Assembly (NCBI GenBank): GCA_010093605.1
Contig: MU004187.1
Span: 1,726,882 to 1,790,881, forward strand
Direction of reading: 5' to 3'
From: Lophium mytilinum
Taxonomy: Eukaryota
DNA length: 64,000 nucleotides
Part shown: positions 21,039 to 33,766 of the stretch, one piece after another
How the letters are laid out: every line of letters starts with the position of its first letter
Position numbering within the stretch: the first letter of the stretch is position 1
Translations under genes and position numbers: made by a program
The notes under the pieces: model-generated
Told to the model about the DNA's origin: nothing
What the model saw: only the letters and a program-made list of their open reading frames with translations
Databases searched by the model: none

Positions 21039-22739
21039 ATGCGATACGCCTGGGCCTCAGCTTCTTTTGTGTTGTCCTATCTTATTTCGCTTGGCTGGGG
21101 ACAAGATACCCAAACTAAAGATTTCGTTCCCGATGATTTCTGGGAGGTGAGTGCATGGCCCGTCTACTTAATGGTACGTAATCATTAATTCGAGTTGTAG
21201 TTAATCAACAATGCCTGTGGATCGGAGCTGGAAGCCCTAGGTTCATGTGTTGCTCCAGGCACCGGTCGATCGGCTCGGGCCAACCTAGCGACGAGTTATT
21301 CGCAGTGTTTTCGAACGCAGTCAGTAGAAAACGAGATACGATAGCAGCTGGGGGCGATGCTTAACAGTCTTCCTAGATTTGACTCCTACTTCGAGTGCTC
21401 ATCGACAGAGAACGCTGCTAGCAGCGATCCTATCCCGAAGACTCCAGTCCGGAACACCACTGTGACAGCGAACGCGACATGTTCATATCCCAAGCCAGAG
21501 CCGGTAAGATCGCGAAACCCAGGTAGCGTTTAGTCGTATATTGACATCGCATCAGATCCTATCGTCCGCGTGCGTTTTCGATGCCGAAGAGATTCCCCGA
21601 AGCAAATGTTGTTCCGACTCGAGTGGCGACTGTTCTCAGAAAAGCGTAAACCTGCTCATATGTCAGTATCAAGCGTAAGGTCCCATCTCTTCCGGTACCC
21701 ACGGCCAGTAGACCTAACCATACCACAGAGCCCAACAGTATGTCCGCTGTACCGGCACAGACAACACAAACGTGACCGACTGCGTCGTCAGCAACGCCGA
21801 GAAAGCAACCTGGCTCCCCTACCAGTTTCTCATCTACAGTGGGTCTGAGAAGTGTACTCGGGCGAAAAAGATCCTGACTACCCTGGCCATCTCCAATGTC
21901 ATTGCGCTGCTCTCTGCAGCATTGGCTAACACGACCGTCATCAAGCACCTTGTCGGCCGGAAGCAGATGTTCGAGTACACGGAGATCAAGCTGAACTTTC
22001 TGAGCATGTTCGTTTCGATAGGCATCCACGTGTCGATCCCATTCATCATCGGGGTTCTACTGGAGAAGCAAGGGTATACGGTAAATTGGCTCCAGCAAGT
22101 CTTGATCTGGACGGTCAGGCCGCGAGTCGCGCCAGTGATTGCGATTCTAGGTTTCGTAAACGCATCGTGGATGGAGACCGCGGTCAATGAGATGGTGGCT
22201 GATCTTCTCTTCTCTGTTCCTGCTCTTGTAAGAAGTCCTCCACTCTCGTTCGTCACCAACTCTCTGACTGAAGATAGATCTTTGCCGTCTACGCGGCATT
22301 CTTTCCCAACAAGACAACCAACCCTGCCAAGCCTGCAGAGTATAAGCTATATCATGCTGGCGGCATCATCATGATAATCCCCGGAGTCATCATCGCGTTC
22401 TCATTCCTCATGGGCATGTGTCTCCGATGCGCGCCTTTCCGAGCATTCAAATATCCGGCGCAGGACTTGTGGCGTATATTGCGGAATCCGGTGCGGAAGC
22501 TGCAGAAGAAGGAACCAGTTCCCCAGCGCGAAGTCCACATCTCCAACTTCAAAGGCTGGTATATCAACTTCTTTGGGCTGGGAATAATCTTGTACATTGG
22601 CAGTTGGCTCGTTTGGACGTCATTCTTAAACATGGCAGGCGACTTGTATTGTCCGGCAAGCTTGAACACGGTTGCGACGGTGCTGTTCGTATATCCCGTT
22701 ATTCTGAACGTGCTGAGGGCGTTCCTATCTCTCGTATAA
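21039..22739 (+). CDS. Signal peptide + Cys-rich ectodomain + ~7 TM helices; orphan receptor-like membrane protein, 6 exons
   Basis: The reconstructed exons read MRYAWASASFVLSYLISLGWG..., LINNACG..., FDSYFEC..., ILSSACV...KCC..., YVRC..., then hydrophobic segments with WTVRPR and FLNMAGDLYCP. All introns are GT-AG and keep the frame. Confidence 0.75.
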
Positions 22740-22811
22740 AGTTGCGTCAAATTCAAAATAACAGTTTACTTAAGGGTATCTTACAAGATAGCGAATCACA
22801 CACATTGCCTC

Positions 22812-23914
22812 CTACACCTCTTTTAGCACGTCGACCATCCAGCCCATCGCCTCCCTAGCTTCCGTGAACCCATAGGGCCATGTTAGCAGGAAGCAATGCA
22901 TCTGCTTATCCCAATCCAACCACTCCCCGCTTACGCCCGCCGCCGCGCACGCGTCTCGAAAAAGCCTCCCATCCGGACCCAAAATATCATACCCGCCTGT
23001 TATCCCATTGACCTTCACCCCAGCTCGCGCCAGTAGCGAAATGTCCGCATTGATCGGCGAAAGTTTCGGATCTGCAGGATCCCACTCAGCAGCCCAAGCT
23101 TGCGCCGTGCTCTTAATAAACGGCGGCGTAAGGATCGGATCATCCTTCTTGATCTTCTCGATCTCGGGGTTATCCCTTCTAAGATCCGTCGACGGCGAAA
23201 TCGCCATAATCGCAACCGGACACGGCGGTCTCGTTTCCGCGTCTGCCTCGAAATCTTCCCGAAGTGCCTCTAGCACTATTGCGAGTACGACGTTGCCGCC
23301 TGCTGAGTCGCCGGCCAGTATCACTCGCGTGCCCTCCTCCACTGATTGTGCCATTAGGCGCCTGTATAGTGCTAGGCTTTGGGGGAATGCCTTTGGCGCT
23401 GGATCGTTCGGCGCGAGGGGGTACGACACGATTGAGATGGCCGTGTTGGGCATCTGTCGCGCCAGCTTCGAGCAAGTTTGCCAGTGCTGTGCCGTGGCGG
23501 GTGTCTGCCACCCGCCGCCGCAGAAGTAGTATATGTGCTTCGTGATCTTGGCCTCTGGGGTTGAGAGCGGCCGGAGGTCGGCGATATAGATGCCTGTGGC
23601 TTCATCACGGCGGTTCGTGACACTACAGTGCTTCCTGATAGCATTGCTGGGATGCAGAGGTGAAGAGCCCGGCGGGTGTGGTTTCGAAGGGCGGCCGAGA
23701 TGGTTGTTGAATGGGCGGAGGATGAGGTGGAGGACGTGCGTTAGGAATCTACGCTCGGAGCGGTGGGTAATGTGGATGGTGTTGGCTTCGTTATTAATGA
23801 TTGGCGTTGATGAATGCGGTCTATATAATGTTAGCTATGTTTAGGGGTCCATGTTTGGGGGTTTTCATACTTCATCTGCGTTGTAATGTCGTCGCCAGCG
23901 TTGCTGAGCTCCAT
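22812..23914 (-). CDS. Alpha/beta hydrolase (hormone-sensitive lipase / Abhydrolase_3 family), 2 exons
   Basis: YFCGGGW (HGGG variant), YPLAP, GDSAGG nucleophile elbow, GYDIL, and MHCF catalytic His. Confidence 0.9.
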
Positions 23915-24529
23915 TTTGACGCCTATAAAATAGTGAATTTGGATATCGATAGTGATAGGTAACAAAAGATGTCTAAGGCGGCATATCAATGGCGATTAGG
24001 AAGGTCATTTGATGTCGAAAGACACGCTCAGAGACGTTCATGACTTGCATGCAGAGAGCGCGTCATCGGTCCGATCGAGGGAACTTGTGGCGTTCTGGGC
24101 TGCGCGCGGCATCTTCGATCGTGTCGTCTTCAACCACACCAGCAACAGTCATCTCCATTTTGGCAGTCTCCGTGCTTTGAAGCTTAAAGAATGATAGGAA
24201 CCCGAGTCTCAGTGTTTGGATAGAAGTCATATTATTGCAGGGTAGCTATACTGACCCTAGAGAACATCACACGCACGTCATAAGATCTCGCCAATCACGA
24301 TGAAACAAGAGCTATGGCCTCAAAAGAAGCAGAGGAGGATCTACATACATAATTCCAGCCTCTTACAACCAATTCTATACCCAGAATCAAGAATGTTCCC
24401 CGTCCCAGGAAAGGCCGCAAGGCTGACCTGCAAAGACTATCCTACTCCTTGCCTCGATTAATTACCAACACAAAAAAACCCAAAGCGATAGCACTGCCGC
24501 AACACAATTTCGTGGTACTAGGAGGGGAA

Positions 24530-24885
24530 TCAACCCGTTGTATTTCTATCTCTCAGACTCTCGCCATTCCAGAAGTGGCGAAGCAGGCAAAGTTGCAAGC
24601 CCGCCATCGCAATGAGAATAAAAACGCCGCAGAAGATCGTATCAACCTGGACACTGAAGTCAATCCCAAGGCCCATCGTTGATAAGTTCACGTACTTACT
24701 GTTTGCTTTACGTTACTCCCTGGACTGCTAGAGAGGACATGCGGATGTTCTGCAACGTACCTCTGGATATCGGCTTTGTTGTTCACATCTAGGGTGACGT
24801 ACTTAGTTCTGAACATTGGGCTGTTATGTGGAGATTTGGTTGGATAGTTGTCCATGGGTATGTATGCTGGAGCTGGGAGATTCAT
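24530..24885 (-). CDS. Small orphan membrane protein A, 2 exons (~100 aa)
   Basis: Exon 1 24885-24700, intron gtaagt...ccag, exon 2 24646-24530 encoding a hydrophobic segment (IFCGVFILIAMAGLQLCLL). A TATATAA lies ~95 bp upstream. It shares a motif with the neighbouring gene. Confidence 0.5.
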
Positions 24886-25640
24886 GCTGGAACTGAGTAT
24901 GGGTTGAAAAATTAAGGCCACCGTGGAATGGGAATGGGGAGGAGAAATAAGAACAAGTCGCGAGAGGGCCTAGTCCTTATATATTTCTATATGAAGAGGC
25001 AATGCGCATAGAGAAACTCCTTGCATTTGGCGTACTCAAGGTTGATATCTTGGGCTGTGCGTTTCGCAGAGGCCCTTATTGTGTCACATTGAATACTTTA
25101 GCTAGCAAGGCAGTGAATGCTTAACATGGGTAATCATATTTAGGAGGTAAACCCGCGTGCAGTACTCTCACGTAAGCTTATGCACTTCACGAATCTGATG
25201 GGGGTATCTCGATAGATTTATGAAACTCCTTATACGATGAGAAATTTAATGTATTGGAGACAGGGCAATATTTGTCTGGCTAAGAATATAGTAGCGGCGG
25301 TACTCCTTACAGCGGTACACAGTGATCAGAAAAAGTGAAGCCCAAATAATGAGATGCCCCGTTGTGCCTAGACTTATGAGCTCGCACTACCTATATGAGA
25401 CGACAGAACGAGAACCAAGATGGATGCAGGTGGCATCTCTAAAATCCCAAAAATAATACAGAAATAATGCCCGCTCCCTGATTTAACCTGGGGAGCAAAA
25501 CACCACCCCTCCCGAAGGAGGGCCTAGCCACCAAATTATGGTTTGTGAGATAAACTAACTGAGCCATCAGCGAAGTGACGATGGTATGCTGTACATGATT
25601 CTGTGAATGCGAGCGACGGAAATCGCGGTGTCTCCAACCT

Positions 25641-26172
25641 TTACACCCACACCAAATTTTCATCACAAGATGTAGTGAGATTCATCCCCAATGAATCATC
25701 ATAAGTGCAAATCGATGTACACGCCGTTCGTCCTTGCCAGACATCTAGATGCGCCCATGCAGATCTTCTGACGACTTCTCTGGGTTGAGCCGCAGTCGGA
25801 TCCCGTGGTGTCTTAGCCGAAGTTGTAAGTAGGATTGCAATAATGCTCATCAATACGAAATTAATGAATTGCATCATGCCGAACTTCAACTCGACTACAC
25901 GTGCGGACTATTACTCGTATCAGCGATCTACCGAGCGAATGAACGGCTGAACATACACAATCTTTACCGTTCAGCCATCTTCCCTTCCCATGCTCTGCAA
26001 TGAATTTGTCTACTTCGGCTGCATCGTTGACATTGACCGAGATGGATTTCGGAACATGCTTCGCATCGTCGTTCAAATTGGACTTTTCGAGTTTATTAGA
26101 GAGTAGTACGAAGCCGGAATCTATTTTCTCATCCAGAGATGGGGTAGGTGAGCTTTGACGCCGGCCGTCCAT
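25641..26172 (-). CDS. Small orphan membrane protein B, 2 exons (~160 aa)
   Basis: Exon 1 26172-25957, 49-nt intron gtatgt...gctgat...tag, exon 2 in frame with ORF 25641-25889 containing a hydrophobic segment (FINFVLMSIIAILLTT). The 3' end is uncertain. Confidence 0.5.
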
Positions 26173-26533
26173 TTTTAAGTGTGTCTGGTAGAGATGAAAG
26201 ACCAGCAAAGGAGTAGTCGGCGGGACAAAGAACGATGTATGTCTTGATAGAAGATCATCTGAAGTCGATCCCTTGCATTAGCGTCTGATATGGGAAAGCT
26301 GTACTACGTGACATGACGAACATTCTCGTCGTGCAGCCGGTGAGAGTTTCATATCCCAGGGCGAAGTTTAGGGTAACGCAAAGATATGCCTGTGGGACTG
26401 TCCTACTGGATCGGAGGCACGTGATGGCAAGAAGAGGTGCCAGTTTTGTCGATAGCGTGATCGACTATCCGGTGAAGCTCAATGACACGAAGGCGGATGC
26501 AATGGCCATCTGAGCTTCGAGCGTCATTCATCT

Positions 26534-27716
26534 TTAGGCGTTTTCTGTCGCGGGTCCTGCATGCTCATCATGCCCTAGCTGCGTCTTCCCATCCTCTTGA
26601 GCCGTCTCAGGTTCGTATTTAGCAAGAAGCTTGGAGATCTCATTCGTCAATTGCCGATTAGCAGCAATCGATTCCTGCTGCAAACGATTTGTCTGGCGAA
26701 GCTCATCGACAAGGCTCTGCATGCCCTTCTCTTTCGGATAACGTAGCGCGCGGATGCGTTCCCAATAAGTAGCTTGAGGTGGTCCTTGTTGCCTTCTATC
26801 ACGTTTCTGGTCTTCAAAAGAGTCCATTTCCAGACTCTTGTAAGCCGATGGCATTGCCCACAGAGAGATGACGATTACCACGCAGAGGACGTAAATGATG
26901 AAAATGTTGCGCGGATCATTCGAACCCCCTGGGTTGTCGAGGTGCCGTGTCCATAGACAGCCGAGATAAACACCTAGTCCAAGCAGAAAAGCGCTCAACG
27001 CGATCTCAATCATGAATGATGGCGTAAGTAGAACTAATGCAGAGAACAGAGAAGCGCTTCTAGCATTGAGAATAGCATGCTCAAATGTTCGTCTAGGCTC
27101 TCTGCATTGTTCTGCGAAGCCAGGTTCATCAAGCATGTCAATTAAGACCTTAGTGTCCGGTCTGGAAAGCTAGTCGCGCACATCGGACGGGAGATAGAGG
27201 GCACCAATGGTGCTCTGGAGGAGGCAAGCGAAGTGTACCGAAAGACATCCGGAGATCAGACTGACCATCCAGAACGCTCTCGCAACCCAGTGGGTTTGGT
27301 TGAGGAAGGGCAGCGATAAGGCGGTGATAGCGACTTGTGCAATAATGGCACCCTACAACATACATTAGCTTCCTTTTGTTGTTGGGTCTCTAGGGAATAA
27401 GAGAAGCCGGCCAAACTAAGAGACCTACTGCTACGGCGCTCATGTTGCAGTCAGCAACGTACGAAGCTCGAAAAGTAATCGCAACATCATCGTCACCAGA
27501 GAGAATTCGCTCCTCGATTAACTGCACTTGCTGAAAAGCCCCAGGTAGCAGCACTTTCACCAGCAGGGTGACTACACGACCGTAGCTCTTGCGAAACTTA
27601 GCTTCTGTGGGGTTTTCAGGCACAGCTCGCTGGCGATGTAGAACTAATTCAAAAATCTTCGGTACAAGGGCCGCACGGCTTATCAAAGCAGACACAGCGC
27701 TGATGGGATCGGCCAT
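26534..27716 (-). pseudogene. Fungal multi-pass (about 4 TM) membrane protein gene with an in-frame TAG at 27170-27172
   Basis: Exon 1 (MADPIS...SAVA), an intron, then exon 2 GAIIAQVAITALSLP...HWVARAFW...DVRD*LSRP, which continues in frame into ORF 26534-27136 (TM helices plus a coiled-coil-like tail). Confidence 0.6.
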
Positions 27717-28207
27717 TTTTTTTATAGCACGAGGTTATTCTTTCGCTATGTTGGAAGTGCAACCTCGTCGCCTAAATGCCTCTTAGCCCAGTCGGCGGCC
27801 TCATGCCCCCATGCCGGCATCACCTGCAGGCAACCGGTGAAGGATCCAGAGGTGGCCTGCCAAACATCGCAACGGCTCACGAAATAGCTAAGGCCTCATA
27901 TCAGAGCCATAGACCCCTAGACAGAGGATCCTTGGATACTAAAACATCGATAATAGTAAGAAGCCCTTGTTTCACACAACAGTCCAATGCCTCAATTTGC
28001 GAGACTTGAAAGCGACACATGAAACGGACAGGACATACTAACCCGCATACGTGATTGCTCTTGCTAATGTATATTGACCAAGAAAATCAAACCCTACGCT
28101 AATGTTACACGCATTGCCATGGAAACCCGACCTGAACTAGCTGTAATCGCCACCGAACATTCCAGTCTAAGAGAAAAGACATCGCGTACGACTCGTTCAT
28201 CGCCCCT

Positions 28208-30059
28208 CTAGAGAGCAAACTCCGCATCGACAGTCTCGAAGTGATCCAGGAAGCCCTGGAACGCAAGAACGCCCAGTCCCGGATCCAAGGAACCGATAGT
28301 AGCCCGGATGCTATGCATGCTCAGCTGTGGAATGCCAGCGTCAATAGCCCTGATACCAGTCATCGAACTGAGCATTGGGCCAACAGTTCCCCCACTGCGG
28401 CTGTCGTTGCGGATCTGAAAGACCTGCAGTTTAGCTCCGACTTTGTCTGCACACTTCTGCAGAATCGCCGTGCTAACCGAGTCCGTTGTCATGTGCCCAT
28501 TTGAATCAGCAGCAATTGCTAGTCCAAGGTTGAGACGTGGGGCATGATTCTCCAGATACACATTCAAGAAGTTGGGGTTCACGGCGTGTGTGACATCGGA
28601 GGAGACGATGAAGCTGTTTGCGTACGTACGGGAGACGAGCGAGGTGACACCTGAATTCGCGAAGGAGTCGACAACGCGTTCAATGATGGTTGGCAGGAAG
28701 TTGCTTCGCGCTCCTTGTCGGAGCTGGCTGCCGATTTCCTCATCGTCGAAGAGGCCAACAATCTTGATTTGGCCGGACGAATCGTCGGAGTCGGTGCTGT
28801 TGAGGAGGGCTTGGATAGCAGCCCAGCTGCACACTTTGTCATCAATCCTGCCTGCGAAAATGAACTCTTTCTCCAGGCCTCCAAGTTGGGCAGGCTGGAT
28901 ATCAAAGAGTTCGAGTTCCCAGTTCACGATGGTGCTGTCTGTTTTCGGGTAAGTAGATGCCTACGTGCTACACGGTGTATGTGTAGTAGAGTAGGGATGA
29001 CTTACAGTCTTTAATGCCGAGCTCGCTCGAGATTGCCTTAACGAGACGCTCGGGCTGAGTTGATGTGAACGCACCCTCACCACCAAGAAGTGCAGGCTTC
29101 CAGTTCTCCTCTGTCGCTCCTGAGATGTCCGAGTTATCAAGGCCAATGATAGGGACCATTTGAGTTTCCTTGTTGAAAGGTCCAGCGGAAGCAGCTCCGA
29201 AGTGAGGCGCGAGAGTAGGGATGCGAGCAACTAAATTAATTAGCCAACTTCAACGGTTCAGTTTACAAGAGTACTTACTGGGCCAGTCCAGCTTGACTAA
29301 CTTGGAAACGATCTTGCCTCCCTGCTTCACCAAAACCCTACCACCAATTCCCAGGTCCCGATCCCACCAAGTCGAGTTTAAGGCTCCAGCGTAAGGTGCA
29401 ACACCCAGCTGAACATATCCAGCCTTCGTCCTCAAGGCCGGAATAGGCTTGAGCTTCGCCGTGAGAGCATCAATGTGCCCAGCTATAATCGCAGCACCGT
29501 TACCGGGCGCATATCCCGCTCCAACCGCGAATGCAATCAAGCTGCTCCCGTTTCGCTCAACGTAGTATTTGCCACCCTTCTTCAGCTTCCAGCTATCCCG
29601 CTCCAGAAGCTTAGTGTACCCATGTGCCTCGAGGTCTTTCGCCACCGTATCGACGGCATGAAAGACGGTGGGGTTGGTGCTTATGTAGTCGAGGAACGGC
29701 TTCGTGTATTTTGCCGGATCAACCCTCACTCTCTCCGCACGAGGAGGAATGGCCTGAACCGGCGGCAGCTTGAGCTTCGGGGGAACTGGAGGTGGAGTTG
29801 GTGACTTAAGGAGGGCGGGGCGGGTCTCGAAGTAGTCGTTGTCGGTGTCGAGGAGGCTGTGGGAGGGTACAGCGATGCTGTGGCGGGATGAGGGTGCAGG
29901 CTGTTGGCCGTGCCTGGATGTCATGAAGGGATTTGGACGCGCACGCTGGACAGTGGTGAAGTTACGACTGAGGCTGGCGCGGATGGGAGGTGGTGATGGA
30001 TCGGAGTATAGGTCAGCGGTAGAGACCGTCTTGCGGAGGTTTGGATGGTTCTTCGTCAT
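28208..30059 (-). CDS. APE1: M18 family vacuolar aspartyl aminopeptidase (Ape1/Lap4-like), 3 exons
   Basis: NPTVFHAV, GHIDAL, WWDRDLG, GRIDDK, FDDEEIGS, DVTHAVNPN, GGTVGP and QLSMHSIR. It has a long Pro-rich N-terminal extension. Confidence 0.88.
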
Positions 30060-30841
30060 TTATGCGAGAGTATTGTATGGGGGAGGAAAGGGAGACTGGT
30101 GGATGGGAGAATGTGGTGAGTATGTTGATGGAAGAGGGCGCTGGGAGCTCCGAGGGCAACGAGTACGCAAGCTGGAGACGTGGCTGTGCTGTGCCATCAC
30201 CACCTATCAGATGTGGCGCCGCCTCGTGTTTCAGGCGCAACGTCAAAGTCATTTACAGAATAGTCATGCCAATTCGAATATAGCAACTGGAATTTGTGGA
30301 CGTGCTTTCAGGACACCACTTCCATTACAATAGAGTAAAACCTAAGCTTCTGAGCTGAATTTGAACTTCGGAGCGGCCCCAAACCACATTCAATGGAAGT
30401 AACAGATGCACAAGCTTCATTCCAGAAGTCTTGAAGATGCTACCTTTTGTCAGCGTAAGAAGTTAACCCCGCCCATATTATGCTTCATTCAACCATGATA
30501 GCCACTTCATGGACAAGGAAGGTATATCATCATTGCAGATTTAAACATCTGTAATTGAATTGAGACTACCTACTTCCTATAAGGGAGCTTGCGCTGTGCT
30601 CTAGGAGAAGGCGGACAGCTTGCAAGAGTGAATGGGGAATCGCCGCTACGAAGTAAGGAAACCATTTTCCAACGCCACCGAATCCATTAACCTCATAGCA
30701 AGTTGATCATCTCTCGAAGCTGAGGCGAAACAACGAAAGAGAGAGAAGTCATGCCCCGAGTGAATCTCCATTGCCGACTGTGAACGAGCGAGGCTCCAGA
30801 CCGACCAAACGTAAAGAAAAGGCAGAATGGGATTGAGAGGT

Positions 30842-31766
30842 TCATGCTCCGTTAGCGATTGCGACTGGTGGAGGCACTGCTGCTGAGCCATCATCCTCGT
30901 CATCCAAGTCTTCCGGATGACTGTGAGTATGTAATTAGCACACCTTCTGCAATGGAGCTTTATACTCAGACGTACCCGAGGAGGTTCTTGACGTTCTTCA
31001 TTTCGTAGTGCTTGCGTCGCATTGCCTCGAACTTGAGATGTTTCTCCCGTTCCTCCGGAGTCAGGTGCAGAAGCTCTTCGCCGTGATGTCCGCTTTCTCC
31101 TTCGCCATTCGGATCGACATCCACAACGACTCGCTTCTCGCCATCTGGAGTGTGGGGGTTTCCAGCCTCTAGCTCTGGCTCTCCTAGATCGAAGTCGGGG
31201 ATATCGTCGATTCTCGGCTTCTTCTGAACCTTCGCCTTGTCCAGCTCGTCCACCACAAGATCTTCGGCGTTCAAAGTCTGCAGCTCTTCCTCATCCTCTA
31301 ACGGATCATACTGCCTCGCGTACGGCGTCTTAGGCTCGGTGATCTTCATCGTGCTGTCCCGCTCCTGCTCGGTCAAGTATAGGTTCGCCTCGTCCCATTT
31401 CAGCCGGGGGCTGTTTTCGTCGGCTTCGATGCCTACAGTGCCTGATTGACGGCGAGAGGCGGCGCCACGAGGGTTGGAGGATGAGCGGCGGTGCGCGGCG
31501 GCACCAGCATTCTTCAGCGTGTTCTCGAGCACAATCTCCTTCTCGGATAGTTCCCGTGACAGATCCGGCCGCTCACCGGAAAACACAGGCTGTAGAGGAG
31601 GGGCGTCGGTCGTGGGGGAGATTTGCGAATTTGATCGCTGGTAAGAGCTGTTCTTGAGAATGCCTGCATCGCGTGAGACGTGAGCAGAACGTGGCGGGGT
31701 ATTTCACCAACCTTTCGGCCGCTCGACATGCGGCGACGGAGAATGAAGCTCAGCCGTTTGTGTCAT
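30842..31766 (-). CDS. GLC8: Protein phosphatase 1 inhibitor-2 (Glc8), 3 exons
   Basis: PKGILK across intron 1, [18 protein letters not shown] and [11 protein letters not shown]. Confidence 0.9.
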
Positions 31767-33766
31767 CGTGGAGATATTGGATTGTTGAAAGTAGTGCAAG
31801 GTGGCGGGAGAGGTACAAGGTGTGAATGGAAGGGTCAAAGGGTCGGCTGCGCAAAATGGTGGGGTCGCCCACGTCGTGGTGGTGTGCTGCCGGTGTGCTG
31901 ATGCATCCACTCCTGGACTGTATAGAGCCAGGCAAATTTGCTGAAGGTAGAGAAGTGCTTGGGAGCGGGTTCGGGGTGCCTTGTCGCGGGTTTAAAGGCG
32001 ATGAGGGGCTTCTGCGCGTGATTTCTGTGTTGTCCTCGGCCACCGTTGACCCAGCGAGTTCGAGCAATAATGACGTAGCCAATCGGGGGTGGAGAAAGGC
32101 ACGGAACGGCAACTCAGCCGTGACCACGTTTACAGTGCTGTTTCAGCAATTCGTAAGAACAAGTGTTCGTGAAGCTAGCTGTCTCATGGTCTGTTGGAAT
32201 TTCTAGAACAGGGGCTATGGGCAAATCTAATGTAATCAGAGGTATATAGGCTGACTGCTGCTTTATATGTATCAATATAGCTAACAAGCTTGATGTAAGC
32301 ATTCAAGCGGCAGTCAGAGGCTCAATAGCTTCAATAGTTTACTACGTAGCTATTGATTAAAACCCCGGATCAAGAAGTCCTGGACGCGCCAGCTGTAAAT
32401 GGTCATATATACACGCTTATCCAAATTACAGAACTTCGGCACGTTCGTGGTCACTCGTCCATGGAAGAAGGCCGCCTAGGCTTATAGTGATACTTAATAT
32501 ATACATTATTTGTTGCTGGTACATCAGTTTGCGTCCCCGTTTGCCATGGCTTGCGGTATGTTGATAGAGCACCGAAATGCTGCCGCGAGCGTGGCTAAGG
32601 TCGCGACGAGGGTTCACTTCCCTAGCCGGACAAACGCCAGGGGTAGGCTTGACAAGACAATCCGGCATCATACTGAGGAATCTAAACATGAGCCGGAGGT
32701 CTGGGTGGTAGCAGAGTAGCCCTGACAACAACATCGTCGCCTAGGTTGCGCAGACATTTGAGGATTGAACTGTCTAGGCGAGTGTCGGAAACTCTACCTC
32801 TATAAGATGGCCATCTAATAAGTGAACGGTCAGCAACGAGTCGTCAGTATTCGGTGCAACGTGATCATGCTCTATTCTTCTATCAGACTTTGCCTTTAAT
32901 GCTCCCCATGCTCAACCAGCGACATGCCGAAGCACGAGTGTAAACGCGGTTGAGCTTCTCGGATTACCAGAGTGTTGTTTGTTCATCATCGAAGAGTTGT
33001 CGAGGTGCAGACGCGGACGACTTACTATGTGAAAAGAAGCTCGCTGGAGAGCATTGCAGGATTGTGTCAATAGACCGCTCTAAAGGAGAGACGGCTCTAG
33101 AGGCCAAGAGGGCTCCAGAGGCCAAGAGCTGGGTCTCTGGGAGCCCGAGGGCTAGCAGCCATGGCCGTACAGTGAGGCCTCGTGACAAAGGAATGTCCCT
33201 GCTATCAGGTCGCCATCGCATCATGGGAAGCCGCCGAGAGGGGCCCTCGTGATGACGGTTTTAGAAGAGGTGTCGTCATCTCGACCACATTCGGAGTCGC
33301 CAGCAGAGTAGAGGAAGACATGTCGCGCTGGCGATGATTTGAGTAAGTGGTCTGTAGCTGAAGAAAAGAAAAAAGGCGAGCGAGAAATCTGTAGTTTGTC
33401 CTTTGTAGCCGTGCACGCCAAGCAAACTAGCTTAGCCAGTCGCAGCAGCCCTGAGCAGCCGCGAGCCCTTGCAACGGCAAAACGACTTTCACACTGCTCC
33501 TCGACCACTGACCACCGCCATATCCTCCCATAACCTATCTCCTCCATCCTCACCACCATACCCCGCTTACCCCCTTACAGCCATTTATCACCGCCATCTA
33601 CCCATACTGCGCGCAAACCGCCGTCGTAATCCGCAATTCTGCTGTAAAGCCCTGGCCGGTGGCCTCGCAGCCATCCCCTCTGCCGCTTGTTCGCTCATTT
33701 ACCACACCAAGCTTCCAGCAGAGTCTCTCATTTGTAATTTTGTCTTCTCATATCTCGTAATTACCA

